This document shows positions 28,324 through 40,640 of a DNA stretch of 64,000 nucleotides, piece by piece. The translations under genes were made by a program, and so were the position numbers. The notes under the pieces are model-generated. The model was given only the letters and a program-made list of their open reading frames with translations, was not told where the DNA came from and ran no database searches. This DNA is from Nitrospiraceae bacterium (GTDB taxonomy: Bacteria; Nitrospirota; Nitrospiria; Nitrospirales; Nitrospiraceae), in contig OMJA01000343.1 in NCBI GenBank assembly GCA_900299245.1, positions 5,317-69,316 of the forward strand, given 5' to 3'. The first letter of the stretch is position 1. The number at the start of each line of letters is the position of its first letter.

Positions 28324-28611
28324 GTGGAAATTACGAAACAGGAAGTCGAGAAGGTGGCGAAGCTGGCGCGGCTGCAGGTGAGCGAGAGCGAAGTGGCCGT
28401 GTTCGCCAAACAGTTGAGCCAGATTCTGACGCATGTCGACACGCTCAAGAAGTACAATACGGACGGGGTGGAGCCGACGGCGACGGTGTTGGGCCAGGTA
28501 AATGTGTTTCGCGACGATGTGGTGCGGCCGTCGCTTTCGGTCGAGCAGGCGCTCGCGAATGCGCCGGAGCGTGAAGCGGACGGATTCTGCGTGCCGAAGA
28601 TTATTGATTAA
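28324..28611 (+). CDS. gatC: Asp/Glu-tRNA amidotransferase subunit C
   Basis: VAKLARL, NVFRDD, ALANAP and FCVPKII. Confidence 0.93.
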   Translation: MEITKQEVEKVAKLARLQVSESEVAVFAKQLSQILTHVDTLKKYNTDGVEPTATVLGQVNVFRDDVVRPSLSVEQALANAPEREADGFCVPKIID

Positions 28612-28651
28612 GATCCCCGCAATGGCCGGGATCCAGCCATAAAGGAGTCTC

Positions 28652-29020
28652 ATGTTTCGACAGATGCTGCGATCGAAAATTCACCGTGCGACCGTCACCG
28701 GCGCACACCTGGAGTATGAGGGAAGTCTGACGGTCGATGAGGAGCTGCTCGAGGCCGCCGGGATCCTTCCGTATGAAGCCGTCGTCTGTTCGAATCTGAA
28801 TAACGGCGAACGGTTCATGACGTACGCGATTACTGGCAAGCGGGGCGGCGGAGAAATCATTCTGAACGGACCGACGGCGCGGAAGGGCGCGGCGGGCGAT
28901 CAGATCATCATTTTCTGCTACGAGTATTACAGCGAAGAAGAGATCAAGCGGCATGCGCCTAAGATCGTTCGTGTGGACGGCAAAAATCGTATTATTCAGG
29001 CTGCGGCGAAACCCTCATGA
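28652..29020 (+). CDS. panD: Aspartate 1-decarboxylase
   Basis: [12 protein letters not shown]|SLT self-cleavage site, NGERFMTY. Confidence 0.95.
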   Translation: MFRQMLRSKIHRATVTGAHLEYEGSLTVDEELLEAAGILPYEAVVCSNLNNGERFMTYAITGKRGGGEIILNGPTARKGAAGDQIIIFCYEYYSEEEIKRHAPKIVRVDGKNRIIQAAAKPS

Positions 29021-30483
29021 GCCTTCATAAGCTGACACTCTGCGAATTGCAGCGGAAGTTTACGGCGGGGGAAGTCTCCGCCAAGGAAATCGCGCGCGCC
29101 TATTTCCTGCGCATCGGGCAGGTCGAGCCGAAGGTGAAGGCCTACGTGACGACGCAGAAAGAGCAGGCGATGGTGCAGGCGGCTGCGATCGATGACTCGC
29201 TGAAAGGCTGGCGGAAAACACAGCCGATGATGGCGATGCCGCTGGCGATCAAGGACAACCTCTGCACGGAGGGAGTCACGACCACGTGCAGCTCGCGGAT
29301 GCTGCAGAACTTTGTGCCGCCCTATGACGCCACGGTCATCGCGAAATTGCGGGCGCAGGGCTATCTCCTGCTGGGGAAGACCAACCTCGATGAGTTCGCC
29401 ATGGGCTCCTCCACGGAAAACTCGGCCTTCGGCCCCAGCCGCAACCCCTGGAATCTGCAATGCGTGCCCGGGGGATCCAGCGGCGGATCGGCGGCCGCGG
29501 TAGCGGCGGATGAGTGTGTGGCGGCGCTGGGGTCGGATACCGGCGGATCGATCCGGCAGCCGGCGGCGTTCTGCGGCGTGGTCGGGTTGAAGCCCACCTA
29601 CGGGCGCGTGTCGCGGTACGGGTTGATCGCCTTCGCCTCGTCGCTGGATCAGATCGGTCCCATCACGAAGGATGTGGCGGATGCCGCATTCCTGTTAGGG
29701 GTCATTGCCGGTCACGATCCGATGGATTCGACCTCGGCGGATGTGCCGGTGCCCGACTATACGAAGGCGCTCAAGAAAAAAGATCTCAAGAAGTTGAAGG
29801 TCGGAATCCCGGCGGAGTTTTTCGCGGAGGGGCTCGATCCGGAAGTCGAACAGGCGGTGCGCGCGGCGATCGAAGAATTGAAGAGTCTCGGCGGGGAGAT
29901 CAAAGAGATTCAGCTGCCGAGGACCGATGCGGCGGTGGCGGTGTACTACGTCATTGCCACGGCGGAGGCGAGTTCGAATCTGGCCCGCTTCGACGGAGTG
30001 AAGTTTGGCCTTCGTTCCAAGGAGACCAAGGATCTGCTGGAACTTTATACGAAGACCCGGCAGGAGGGATTCGGCCCGGAGGTCAAGCGCCGCATCATGC
30101 TGGGCACCTACGCGCTGAGCTCCGGCTACTACGATGCCTACTACGGGAAAGCGCAGGCGGTGCGGACGTTGATCCGTCAGGATTTCGATGCGGCGTTCAA
30201 AGAGGTCGATCTGATCGTCACACCGGTGACGCCGACGCCGGCCTTTAAGCTGGGGGAAAAAAGCGAGGATCCGTTGCAGATGTATCTGTCGGATATCTTC
30301 ACGATTTCCGTGAATCTGGCCGGCTTGCCGGCGATCGCCTTGCCGTGCGGGTTCAGCAGAGCGGGACTCCCGATCGGGATGCAGCTCATCGGCAGGGCAT
30401 TCCAGGAAGACACGCTGCTTAGAGCCGCCTATGCGTACGAACAGTCGACGCAGTGGCGCGCGAAGAAGCCCGCTGTCCGGTAG
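29017..30483 (+). CDS. gatA: Amidotransferase subunit A
   Basis: [32 protein letters not shown] and EVKRRIMLG. Confidence 0.96.
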   Translation: MSLHKLTLCELQRKFTAGEVSAKEIARAYFLRIGQVEPKVKAYVTTQKEQAMVQAAAIDDSLKGWRKTQPMMAMPLAIKDNLCTEGVTTTCSSRMLQNFVPPYDATVIAKLRAQGYLLLGKTNLDEFAMGSSTENSAFGPSRNPWNLQCVPGGSSGGSAAAVAADECVAALGSDTGGSIRQPAAFCGVVGLKPTYGRVSRYGLIAFASSLDQIGPITKDVADAAFLLGVIAGHDPMDSTSADVPVPDYTKALKKKDLKKLKVGIPAEFFAEGLDPEVEQAVRAAIEELKSLGGEIKEIQLPRTDAAVAVYYVIATAEASSNLARFDGVKFGLRSKETKDLLELYTKTRQEGFGPEVKRRIMLGTYALSSGYYDAYYGKAQAVRTLIRQDFDAAFKEVDLIVTPVTPTPAFKLGEKSEDPLQMYLSDIFTISVNLAGLPAIALPCGFSRAGLPIGMQLIGRAFQEDTLLRAAYAYEQSTQWRAKKPAVR

Positions 30484-30521
30484 GGACGGGGCGTAAGGGA
30501 CACAAGGAAAGCGAGGCCCTC

Positions 30522-30929
30522 ATGACGATGATTGAAGTTGCCGCACTGGTGGTTGCGCTGGCTTTCGCGGCGCTGGTGGGCTACCTCGTCCCGCTGTTGA
30601 TTCAGCTTCGGAAAACCGTGGCCGAATCCGAACAGCTGCTGGCGAAGATGAATGCCGATCTGCCGCCGCTCGTCGCCGACCTGCGCAGCATGAGTCAGAA
30701 TTTGAACGATCTTGCCGATCAGGCCCGCGGCGGCGTTGAACATGCAGCGGTCCTGCTGCATGCCGTGGGCGAAGTCGGCGAATCCGTCCAGCAGGTGCAT
30801 AATGTCGTGCGCGGCACGAGCGGGACCTTGCTCACCAATGTGGCAAGCGTGGTTGCGGGTTTCAAGGCGGCGACGCAGGTGGTGCGCGAGCGGATGAAAT
30901 ATGAAGGAGAACCTCACAATGGCGGATGA
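30522..30929 (+). CDS. DUF948/YoxC-like membrane-anchored coiled-coil protein
   Basis: N-terminal TM then heptad pattern; adjacent to a YtxH-like gene. Confidence 0.7.
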   Translation: MTMIEVAALVVALAFAALVGYLVPLLIQLRKTVAESEQLLAKMNADLPPLVADLRSMSQNLNDLADQARGGVEHAAVLLHAVGEVGESVQQVHNVVRGTSGTLLTNVASVVAGFKAATQVVRERMKYEGEPHNGG

Positions 30930-31236
30930 ACGGGGATCTTCAACCGGTGTGCTTCTGGCCTTTCTGAGCGGGGCCGCATTGGGCGCGGTGGCGGCGCTGC
31001 TGTTGGCGCCGCAATCTGGACGTGAATCCCGCCAGCAGTTGCGCGGCTATGCGCGACGGGCCGAAGACAATCTGCGCGATTTGGCCGGCCGGGCCGGCGA
31101 GACGTTTGAAGAGGTGGTCGATCAGGGCAAGGAATTTGTCGACGCGCAAAAGTCGGTGTTGCGGGAGGCCTTTGAGGCCGGTCGTGAAGCCATGAAGCGT
31201 GAGCGCGACCGCATGCGTGGAGAGGAACAGGGCTGA
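30919..31236 (+). CDS. YtxH-family protein
   Basis: [24 protein letters not shown] signature. Confidence 0.88.
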   Translation: MADERGSSTGVLLAFLSGAALGAVAALLLAPQSGRESRQQLRGYARRAEDNLRDLAGRAGETFEEVVDQGKEFVDAQKSVLREAFEAGREAMKRERDRMRGEEQG

Positions 31237-31238
31237 GG

Positions 31239-32669
31239 ATGATCTACGAAGTTGTGATCGGGGTCGAGGTGCATGCGCAGTTGCGCACGAAGACCAAAAT
31301 GTTCTGCGGGTGCGGCACGACGTTCGGGCGTTCGGCGAACAGCCAGACCTGTCCGGTCTGTCTGGGATTGCCCGGCACGTTGCCGGTCATCAATCGCGCC
31401 GCCGTCGAGATGGCCGTGCGGGCCGGATTGGCGTTGAATTGCACGATCGGGGCGAACAATCAGTTCGACCGGAAAAACTACTTCTATCCTGATCTTCCCA
31501 AGGGCTATCAGATCTCTCAGTACGAGTCGCCGATCTGCGAACACGGCTGGATCGAGATCGCGGTCGGCGACAGTAAAAAGCGGGTCAAGATCCGCCGGGC
31601 CCATCTGGAGGAAGATGCCGGAAAGAACGTGCATGAGACCGGCACCAGCGGCAGCCGGGTCGATCTGAATCGCGCGGGGACGCCGCTGCTGGAAATTGTG
31701 ACGGAGCCGGACATGCGGTCGGCCGACGAAGTCGTGGCCTACTTGAAGGGCTTGCGCGATATTCTGATGTATCTCGACGTCTGCGACGGCAACATGGATG
31801 AGGGCAGTTTCCGCTGCGAGCCGAATCTGTCGCTTCGTCCGCTCGGCCAGAAAGAATTCGGTACGAAAGTCGAGTTGAAGAACATCAATTCGTTCAAGTT
31901 CGTAAAGGATGCCGTCGAATACGAGATCAAGCGGCAAACGAAGGTGTTGAGCGAGGGCGGGAAGATTTTCCAGGAAACGCGCCTCTGGAACCTCGAGCGG
32001 GGCGAGACGGCGGTGATGCGCTCGAAAGAGGAGGCGCACGATTACCGTTATTTCCCCGATCCGGATCTGGTGCCGCTGAAGCTCGACAAGGAATGGATCA
32101 AGGGGTTGCGCGGGAGCGTGCCGGAATTGCCGGCGGCACGGGTCAGCCGGTTCGTTCGCGAGTACGGGTTGCCTGAGTACGATGCGGGCGTGCTGACCGT
32201 GTCCAAGGGTATCGCAGATTACTTTGAAGCCTGCGTGACGTTATTCAATCAGCCCAAGACCGTCAGTAACTGGGTAATGGGTGAGCTGACGAGGGAGTTG
32301 AATCTTTCCGGGACTGAGATCGCAGCGTCGCCGGTCACGCCTGAGCGGTTGGTTGCGTTGCTGCAACTGGTCGAAAAGGGCACTGTTAGTTTGAAGGTGG
32401 CCCGAGAGATCTTCCCCGAGCTCTATCGCAGCGGCAAAACGCCGGAGCAGATCGTTCAGGAAAAGGGATTGACGCAAGTCTCCGACGAAGGGGCGCTGGA
32501 CAAAATCATCGATGAAGTGTTGGCGAAGAATCCGGCTCAGGTGGCGCAGTTCAAGGAAGGGAAGCAGCAGGTGTTGGGCTTCCTGGTCGGGCAGGTGATG
32601 AAGGCCAGCGGCGGCAAGGCGAACCCGGGCAAAGTGAACGAGTTGTTGAAGAAGAAGTTCAGCAGTTAG
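31239..32669 (+). CDS. gatB: Amidotransferase subunit B
   Basis: [34 protein letters not shown] and [10 protein letters not shown]. Confidence 0.97.
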   Translation: MIYEVVIGVEVHAQLRTKTKMFCGCGTTFGRSANSQTCPVCLGLPGTLPVINRAAVEMAVRAGLALNCTIGANNQFDRKNYFYPDLPKGYQISQYESPICEHGWIEIAVGDSKKRVKIRRAHLEEDAGKNVHETGTSGSRVDLNRAGTPLLEIVTEPDMRSADEVVAYLKGLRDILMYLDVCDGNMDEGSFRCEPNLSLRPLGQKEFGTKVELKNINSFKFVKDAVEYEIKRQTKVLSEGGKIFQETRLWNLERGETAVMRSKEEAHDYRYFPDPDLVPLKLDKEWIKGLRGSVPELPAARVSRFVREYGLPEYDAGVLTVSKGIADYFEACVTLFNQPKTVSNWVMGELTRELNLSGTEIAASPVTPERLVALLQLVEKGTVSLKVAREIFPELYRSGKTPEQIVQEKGLTQVSDEGALDKIIDEVLAKNPAQVAQFKEGKQQVLGFLVGQVMKASGGKANPGKVNELLKKKFSS

Positions 32670-32695
32670 GACGTGATACTAACCGAGGAGCGTAG

Positions 32696-33988
<1,293 letters not shown>

Positions 33989-34005
33989 GAAGTCGTTGGG
34001 ATTGC

Positions 34006-34365
34006 ATGATCATTAAGCAGAATCGCGGGCGAGTGTGGCTGGATTGGCAGCGCCGCATGGGCACAGTGGCCCAGGTGGCGGGTGTCGTGGCCTGCGTCTG
34101 GCTGCTGTTGGCCTTCTGCTTCGGTGAAATGGGGCTGCCGCGGTATCTGGCGATGCGTGAACAGGTGGCGCAATTGGACCGGGATTTACTTGCGTTGCGA
34201 CGGGATAACGGCGGGTTGCGCGGAGAAATCGCCCGGCTGCAACATGATCCGGCCAAGATCGAACAATTAGCCCGCGAACGATTGGGGTATGTGCGCAAGG
34301 GGGAAACCGTGTATCAGTTGTCCCCTGACCCCGTGAGAGATCGATCGCTTCAGGAGACCCCATGA
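34006..34365 (+). CDS. ftsB: Septum formation initiator FtsB/DivIC
   Basis: TM, coiled coil, IEQLARERLGYVRKGE; follows eno. Confidence 0.88.
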   Translation: MIIKQNRGRVWLDWQRRMGTVAQVAGVVACVWLLLAFCFGEMGLPRYLAMREQVAQLDRDLLALRRDNGGLRGEIARLQHDPAKIEQLARERLGYVRKGETVYQLSPDPVRDRSLQETP

Positions 34366-35246
34366 AATTCGGGACAGTGGCGATCATCGGACGTTCCAAT
34401 GTGGGAAAGTCCACATTGTTGAACCGATTGCTCGGAGAAAAAGTCGCGATCGTATCGAGCAAGCCGCAGACGACCAGGACGCGCATTCTCGGGGTGGTCC
34501 ATGCGCCCGGCGCGCAGGTTGCGTTTTTGGATACGCCGGGGCTGCATAAGCCGGATCACCTGCTGAACCGGCGGATGGTACGGACTACGGTGGAAGCGTT
34601 GGATGACGCCGATCTGCTCTATGTGCTGATGGAGTGTCTCCATATGCCGGGGCCCGGCGATCTGGCCGCAATCACTCATGTGAAAACAGCGATAGCGAAG
34701 CATCCCCGCCCTGTCATTCTGGTGGTGACGAAGGTGGACGCGATCAATAAGATCAAAATGCTGCCGGTGCTGGAGGCGTATGGGCGTCTGTTCCCCTGGA
34801 CCGAGGTGGCGCCGGTCTCCGCGGAGACCGGGGATAACATCGATCGCCTGCTGGAGGTGACCGTCGCGCATTTGCCGGAAGGCGAAGGGGTGTATAACGA
34901 AGATATGCTCACGGATCAATCCATGCGCACGCTGGCGGCTGAATTGATCCGTGAAAAAATTCTCGCGGCGACGGAACAGGAAGTGCCGTATTCCGTCGCG
35001 GTCGAAATCGAAGAATTTGTTGAGGAGAGCAAGATCACGCGGATCCGGGCCACGATTCTGGTCGAGCGGGAAACGCAGAAGGGGATCGTGATCGGCAAGC
35101 ACGGCGAACGATTGAAGCAGATCAGCACGCAGGCCCGGCAGGATATGGAACGTGTGTTCGATATGAAGGTGTTTTTGGAAGTGTGGGTGAAGGTGCGGGA
35201 AGACTGGCGCGAAGACGAGCGCACGCTGGTGGAACTCGGGTACTGA
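34362..35246 (+). CDS. era: GTPase Era
   Basis: GRSNVGKSTL, KPQTTR, DTPG; KH domain VIGKHG. Confidence 0.96.
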   Translation: MKFGTVAIIGRSNVGKSTLLNRLLGEKVAIVSSKPQTTRTRILGVVHAPGAQVAFLDTPGLHKPDHLLNRRMVRTTVEALDDADLLYVLMECLHMPGPGDLAAITHVKTAIAKHPRPVILVVTKVDAINKIKMLPVLEAYGRLFPWTEVAPVSAETGDNIDRLLEVTVAHLPEGEGVYNEDMLTDQSMRTLAAELIREKILAATEQEVPYSVAVEIEEFVEESKITRIRATILVERETQKGIVIGKHGERLKQISTQARQDMERVFDMKVFLEVWVKVREDWREDERTLVELGY

Positions 35247-35256
35247 GGATCCGGTC

Positions 35257-36717
35257 ATGCTGCCTACGGAACAACCAGTCGATCCGCAATCGCCGGACAC
35301 CCGTCCGCGGGCATCCGAACGGGATGTCCTGCGCGATGCGCTCCGGGACCATTCGGAGCGGGGGCAAACGAAGTCGGACATCATTCTGCTCTCCGTGCAG
35401 CGGCTCTTGCGGCGCGGCGCCATCACGAATCTGTCGAAGATGCTCGGCCGCATGCATCCGGCCGACGCGGCCAGAGTCATCACGCATCTGAGTTCCCCCA
35501 AAGAAAAACGCGAAGTCTTTGAGCTGGTTCGCGGCGAAGCCAAGCGCGGACAGGTGCTGAGCGAGCTGGACGGAGACAGTATCCAGCAAGTGCTGGCCGA
35601 CCTGCTGCATTCCGATATCGCCTGGCTGCTCAAAGATCTGGGGCCTGACGACGTCGCGTACATTCTCGGGTTCCTTCCGGAAGAGCGGGGCAAAGACATT
35701 CTGGCCCTGATGAAGACGGAGGACTCGACGGAAGTCGCCGATATTCTCAAGTATCCCAAGGATACGGCCGGCGGCATCATGACCACCGAGTTCTTTTCGC
35801 TGCCGGAGGATGCCACGGCGCAGGAGGCCATCCGGCGTCTGCAGCAGGCGACCGATGCCGAAATGGTGTTCTATATTTATGTGACGGACAAGGACGAGCA
35901 TTTGGTCGGGGTGCTCTCGCTGCGACAGCTCCTGACGGTCCCGCCGGCTACACCGTTGAAGAACATCATGATGCGCGACGTGATTAGCGTCGCGGTCGAT
36001 ATGGACCAGGAAGAAGTGGCGCGGCAGGTTGCGAGTTATAACCTGCTGGCGATTCCTGTCGTCGAGAAAGATGGAAAGCTTGCAGGGATCATTACGGTCG
36101 ATGACGTCGTGGACGTTATCCGGGAAGAAGCGACCGAAGACATGTTGAAGATGGCCGGTGCGATCGAGGAGGACTCGGTTTCGAAGTCGTCCAGTTTCGG
36201 CGCGGCAAAGTTGCGGCTGCCCTGGCTGTTTACCAATTTGGTCGGCAGTCTCATTTCCGGCGCGATCCTCTGGTATTTCCGGCTGACGCTGCAAGAAGTA
36301 GTGGCGATCGTCAGTTTTATTCCGGTCATTGCGGCTATGGGCGGCAATGTGGGTTTGCAGTCTTCGACCCTGATCATCCGGGGATTGGCAACGGGGGTCG
36401 TCGAATTATCGGATGTGCGCACGGTGTTTTTTCGTGAGGTCAAGGTCGGGTTATTGATGGGGGGAGCCTGCGGCGTCATCCTGACTCTGGTCGGCTGGGC
36501 GTGGCACCAGGCCTTTTTGGGCATGGTGGTTGGAACCTCGCTGGTGATCGCATTTCTGGTCTCGACCAGCATGGCGACGATCATGCCGGTCGTCCTGAAG
36601 CGAATGGGTGTCGATCCGGCTGTGGCCGCCGGTCCCTTCGTGACGACTGCCAACGATATTACGGGCATCACGATTTATCTCTCGCTTGCCACCTTGTTTC
36701 TGGATTATCTCCGGTGA
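35257..36717 (+). CDS. mgtE: Magnesium transporter MgtE
   Basis: TAGGIMT, CBS pair, MGGNVGLQ and DPAVAAGPFVTTAND. Confidence 0.95.
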   Translation: MLPTEQPVDPQSPDTRPRASERDVLRDALRDHSERGQTKSDIILLSVQRLLRRGAITNLSKMLGRMHPADAARVITHLSSPKEKREVFELVRGEAKRGQVLSELDGDSIQQVLADLLHSDIAWLLKDLGPDDVAYILGFLPEERGKDILALMKTEDSTEVADILKYPKDTAGGIMTTEFFSLPEDATAQEAIRRLQQATDAEMVFYIYVTDKDEHLVGVLSLRQLLTVPPATPLKNIMMRDVISVAVDMDQEEVARQVASYNLLAIPVVEKDGKLAGIITVDDVVDVIREEATEDMLKMAGAIEEDSVSKSSSFGAAKLRLPWLFTNLVGSLISGAILWYFRLTLQEVVAIVSFIPVIAAMGGNVGLQSSTLIIRGLATGVVELSDVRTVFFREVKVGLLMGGACGVILTLVGWAWHQAFLGMVVGTSLVIAFLVSTSMATIMPVVLKRMGVDPAVAAGPFVTTANDITGITIYLSLATLFLDYLR

Positions 36718-36772
36718 CGGTTGATTCCGCAGAGGCATCCCGGTTGTGGCCTGTGCGAAAGGGGCTTGGGCG

Positions 36773-37531
36773 ATGCCTCTCGTAAAGACCGCAGCGATCA
36801 TCCTCAAAAGCCGCAGGTGGGGAGAAGCCGACCGGATCGTCACCTTCTATTCAAAGAAGTTCGGGAAAATCCGTGGCGTGGCGCGCGGGGCCCGGCGGTT
36901 CAAAAGCCCGTTCGGCGCGACGCTCGAACCGTTTACTCGGTGCCATCTGGATTTGTTCGAGAAGCCGGGCGATTCCCTCTATCGGATTTCCCATGTCGAT
37001 CTGATCGAATCGTTTCAGCCGCTTCGCGAGGAGCTGGTGTTGATGGCCTGCGCGGCGCGGATGGTGAACGTCGTCGGGGCGGTGACGCCGGACGGAGATC
37101 CTGATCCCCGCCTCTTTGAGACGTTGGAGCAGGGGCTGGGGTCGTTGAAACACAGTCGCGATCCGGTTTTGACGGCGTTGCTGTTTCAGATTCGTTTGCT
37201 GGGGTTGACGGGGTTTCGTCCGCAAACCGATCACTGTGCGACGTGCGGAAAGATCGGTGTGGCGGGGGACCCGCAGTTCTCGCCTTTGGCCGGCGGGTTT
37301 GTCTGTTTGGCTTGTGCGGCGCGCCAGATGGCCCGGTGTGTGGTGATGTCTCGCGGGAGTCTGTCGTTTCTGCAGCAGGCGATCCGGCTGAACCCCGAGG
37401 TCGTCACGAGGTTGACGGCGACCGGGCAGGTTCGGGCTGAAGTGGAGCGGGCGATCGAAGGCTATGTGACGGTGGTGGCCGGCAGGCGATTGCCTCCGGT
37501 AGATTTCTTGAGTTCGATGACGCCGGTCTGA
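36773..37531 (+). CDS. recO: DNA repair protein RecO
   Basis: GEADRIVTFYS, ARGARR; CATC..CLAC zinc finger. Confidence 0.93.
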   Translation: MPLVKTAAIILKSRRWGEADRIVTFYSKKFGKIRGVARGARRFKSPFGATLEPFTRCHLDLFEKPGDSLYRISHVDLIESFQPLREELVLMACAARMVNVVGAVTPDGDPDPRLFETLEQGLGSLKHSRDPVLTALLFQIRLLGLTGFRPQTDHCATCGKIGVAGDPQFSPLAGGFVCLACAARQMARCVVMSRGSLSFLQQAIRLNPEVVTRLTATGQVRAEVERAIEGYVTVVAGRRLPPVDFLSSMTPV

Positions 37532-37564
37532 ATGAACGGGGCGGAAGGAATGCAGAGGGCGACA

Positions 37565-37918
37565 ATGGCGACTGCGCTGGTTCCGATCGATATGCAATGG
37601 CTCGAGAAGGGTGTCCTGGGCATTGAGTGGAGCGACGGGCACAAGGGAGTCTATCCCGTTCGCGTACTCCGGCTGCATTGTCCCTGTGCGGCCTGCGTGG
37701 ATGAATGGACGGGCGTGCGCCGGTTGAAGCCCGATGATGTGCCCATGTTTATTATGGCCCAGGATATTCAACCGGTCGGGCGGTATGCGCTACAGTTTAC
37801 GTGGAGTGACGGGCACGACAGTGGTATCTACTCCTACGGTCTGCTACGGCAGCTTTGTCAGTGTGATGTATGTGTGCCGGTGAAACCGGCCGAGCAGAAA
37901 AGCCGGCGGCTCTTATGA
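37565..37918 (+). CDS. DUF971 (GBBH N-terminal-like) protein
   Basis: WSDGH, LRLHCPCAAC and VGRYALQFTWSDGHDSGIYS. Confidence 0.88.
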   Translation: MATALVPIDMQWLEKGVLGIEWSDGHKGVYPVRVLRLHCPCAACVDEWTGVRRLKPDDVPMFIMAQDIQPVGRYALQFTWSDGHDSGIYSYGLLRQLCQCDVCVPVKPAEQKSRRLL

Positions 37919-37941
37919 AGGTGAAGAAGGGGGCTGGAGCA

Positions 37942-38424
37942 ATGGAGCAGGATCGATCAGATCGGGTCCATGTGCGACGTGCGAGTGCTGTCCTGGCGGG
38001 GCTGTGCTGTGCGCTTGTGATGATCGGTTGTCAGAGTCTCCCTCCGCTTGGAGAGCAGGAGCGCCTGGTGCGGAACAAGCAGCTCACGGTCCATCAAATT
38101 TCCCCCAAAGCGTTTGTGAATGTCTGGGGCAAGCCGGTCTATCACCATAGTGCGTTCACTCAATTTTTTGTCATGCCGGATAAGTCGATGATTCCTCGTT
38201 CGCGGGTGCCGATCGGTGAAGCGCCAGAGGGATGGGAGGCGAGTTTCGAGGCCGGGGATGGGGTGTTTCTGGGCTATCCCGAGCAGGGCTGGGTGTTGGT
38301 ATTTTTAGATGATCGGCTGGTCTATCGGGAAGAATTGAAGGCCGACAAAGTCCACGAGCTGGGGAAGACATGGCAGTTCGAAGACCGGTTTAAGACGAGC
38401 CTGGAAGGGGCCCCGCTCCGCTAG
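37942..38424 (+). CDS. Hypothetical lipoprotein
   Basis: Lipobox-like VMIG-C; operonic position. Confidence 0.65.
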   Translation: MEQDRSDRVHVRRASAVLAGLCCALVMIGCQSLPPLGEQERLVRNKQLTVHQISPKAFVNVWGKPVYHHSAFTQFFVMPDKSMIPRSRVPIGEAPEGWEASFEAGDGVFLGYPEQGWVLVFLDDRLVYREELKADKVHELGKTWQFEDRFKTSLEGAPLR

Positions 38425-38445
38425 CACATTCTGACTCTTCACATC

Positions 38446-39954
38446 ATGGCGAGATCTCACGACAGCGATTCACTGAATATCGTACTGGCCGCATCAGAGG
38501 CGGTTCCCTACGTGAAGACCGGCGGGCTGGCCGACGTTGTTGGCGCGCTTCCTGTGGAATTTGCCAAGCTGGGGCATGTGGTGACGTTGATCGTGCCACG
38601 CTATCGCGGTTTTCAGACGGGCGGGAGGTTATTGCGGAGTCTCGGGTCGGTACGCGTTCAGACGTCCGGAGGATATGTTGACGCCGGGCTCGAAGAAGAT
38701 CTGATTTCTGTCGGGGGAAGCGGAAGACCGGTTCGGGTGGTGGCGGTTCGGTATGATCCCTACTTTGATCGGATTGGGCTCTACCAAGGGCCGGAGGGGG
38801 GTTTCAAAGACAATCTCAACCGCTTCGCATTTTTTAGTCGAGCGATTATCGAAGAGGTTGCGCTTTTGGGTAAGCGTGCTGGTGAGCCGGTCCCTGTCTT
38901 GCACTTACATGACTGGCAGACTGCGCTTGCTGCAGTTTATCTGAAGACCACGGATCGTGACCGAGCGATCTTACGCGACGTCAGGACTCTGTTGACGCTT
39001 CATAACGTCGGGTATCAAGGTATCTTTCCCGGGCATCAATTTTCTGCAACCGGTTTGCCGGCTGAGTTGTTTACGCCTGCCGGTCTGGAGTTTTACGGGT
39101 CGGTGAATCTGCTCAAAGGCGGGATGGTGTTTGCCGACGCAGTGTCGACCGTCAGTCCAACCTACGCGAAAGAGATCATGACTCCCGAGGGCGGGTTCGG
39201 GTTGGAGGGGGTGTTGGCTCACCGCCGTGATGGCGTTATCGGAATCACAAACGGTATTGATGTTGAATCCTGGAATCCCGAGACGGATCGCTATCTGGCG
39301 GCTAACTATTCACGAGCTGATCTGTCGGGAAAGCCAAGGTGTAAGACCGCCCTTCAGCGCGAGCTGGGGTTGCCGAATCGCGATGCGCCGCTCATCGGGG
39401 TGATCGGACGGTTGACCTCGCAGAAAGGCTTCGATCTTCTGGCGGAGATCGTTCCGGAGCTCATGGCCCTTGGTGTTCAAATGGCTATTCTCGGTACGGG
39501 TGATCGGAGTCTCGAAGCTCGGTTTCAATCGGTACAGGAGCAGTACCCCCAGCAAATTGGGTTGTCGTTGCAATTCGACGAGGGGCTGGCGCATCGAATT
39601 GAGGCTGGTGCGGATATGCTGGTGATGCCGTCCAGGTATGAGCCCTGCGGGCTCACGCAGCTGTACAGTCTGCGGTACGGAACCATACCGATTGTCCGTA
39701 AGACGGGTGGGCTTGCGGATACTGTTGTCCCGTATCGGCCGTCGACAACACTGGCTGGAAAAGCCACCGGTTTTCTTTTTTCTGATGTTTCGGAGGATTC
39801 TTTGTTGGCGGCATTATTGCTGGCCATCAAGGTCTATGCGGACCAGAACGTCTGGAAATCAATTCAGCAAACTGCGATGTCCGTCGATTGTTCCTGGGAG
39901 CGGTCAGCTCGGCAGTACGTAGAAGTGTTCAGGCAGGTGGGGGGAAGGGAGTAA
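38446..39954 (+). CDS. glgA: Glycogen synthase
   Basis: KTGGLADV, HDWQT, QKGFD and SRYEPCGLTQ. Confidence 0.95.
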   Translation: MARSHDSDSLNIVLAASEAVPYVKTGGLADVVGALPVEFAKLGHVVTLIVPRYRGFQTGGRLLRSLGSVRVQTSGGYVDAGLEEDLISVGGSGRPVRVVAVRYDPYFDRIGLYQGPEGGFKDNLNRFAFFSRAIIEEVALLGKRAGEPVPVLHLHDWQTALAAVYLKTTDRDRAILRDVRTLLTLHNVGYQGIFPGHQFSATGLPAELFTPAGLEFYGSVNLLKGGMVFADAVSTVSPTYAKEIMTPEGGFGLEGVLAHRRDGVIGITNGIDVESWNPETDRYLAANYSRADLSGKPRCKTALQRELGLPNRDAPLIGVIGRLTSQKGFDLLAEIVPELMALGVQMAILGTGDRSLEARFQSVQEQYPQQIGLSLQFDEGLAHRIEAGADMLVMPSRYEPCGLTQLYSLRYGTIPIVRKTGGLADTVVPYRPSTTLAGKATGFLFSDVSEDSLLAALLLAIKVYADQNVWKSIQQTAMSVDCSWERSARQYVEVFRQVGGRE

Positions 39955-39955
39955 A

Positions 39956-40459
39956 TTAGGGTCTTTGAAGGGAGATTTGGACGCCCGCTTCGATCTCATT
40001 TAACAGTTTGTGGGCCTGGGCGAGATAGTAGTTCGGTTCGTTATTCTGCTTGTGAAGTGTGATTACGCCGGTCAGTGCCTCCCGGGCTAAGTCAACTCTC
40101 CCATGGCCGAACGCGACTTGCCCTGCGTGTAAAGAGCAGGAGGCCGCCATTGCCTGAACATCTACGGAAAGTCGATTTGCTGGAGTGGCAACGAGCCGTT
40201 CAAGCTGTTGTGGCATCGGCAGCACAAAGCCTTCATCGCCCTGACGGACCAGGGCGGCATTTGTGAGCTTCCCCATATCCAGCTGAGTTTCATCAAGGTC
40301 GGAGGTGGACTTGCAGTGAGTATAGGTGCCCCAAAGATTCATGAATCCTGGATTGTCTAAACCCGCAGTTTTAATGGAGGTGCCAGCTTGGCATCCTGAA
40401 ATAAGAAGCATCAGGCTTACAAGGCCACCAATTGTCTGCGTGAAGGTAGGTTGTTTCAA
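39956..40459 (-). CDS. Hypothetical lipoprotein
   Basis: TTG start after AGGAG; lipobox LISG-C; helical C-terminus. Confidence 0.65.
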   Translation of the reverse strand: MKQPTFTQTIGGLVSLMLLISGCQAGTSIKTAGLDNPGFMNLWGTYTHCKSTSDLDETQLDMGKLTNAALVRQGDEGFVLPMPQQLERLVATPANRLSVDVQAMAASCSLHAGQVAFGHGRVDLAREALTGVITLHKQNNEPNYYLAQAHKLLNEIEAGVQISLQRP

Positions 40460-40640
40460 GCCTAGACTCCTCAGGTATAGCGAAGCGCAAGTTTAATTAC
40501 ACGTGAGTCAATGCAATCGATAGACCTAGTTCAGTCTATCGTAAGTACCTATAAGTATTGATCTTATATGGGGTTGTTTGCTGCCGAAGTGTTGTGAAGA
40601 TCGCTCAGTGTGGTGTCTTTGCAACAGAGGGGTAGTGCGA

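Noticed and set aside
28612-28633. Hairpin GATCCC...GGGATC between gatC and panD as a terminator
   Set aside because: No U tract and it sits inside an apparent operon. The hairpin at 1944-1972 was dropped for the same lack of a U tract.
34350-36294. Long antisense ORFs (493 and 390 aa) opposite era/mgtE
   Set aside because: Fully overlap confident genes, with no recognisable domain. The same applies to 9281-10447, 11697-12866, 24677-25858 and 27264-28457.
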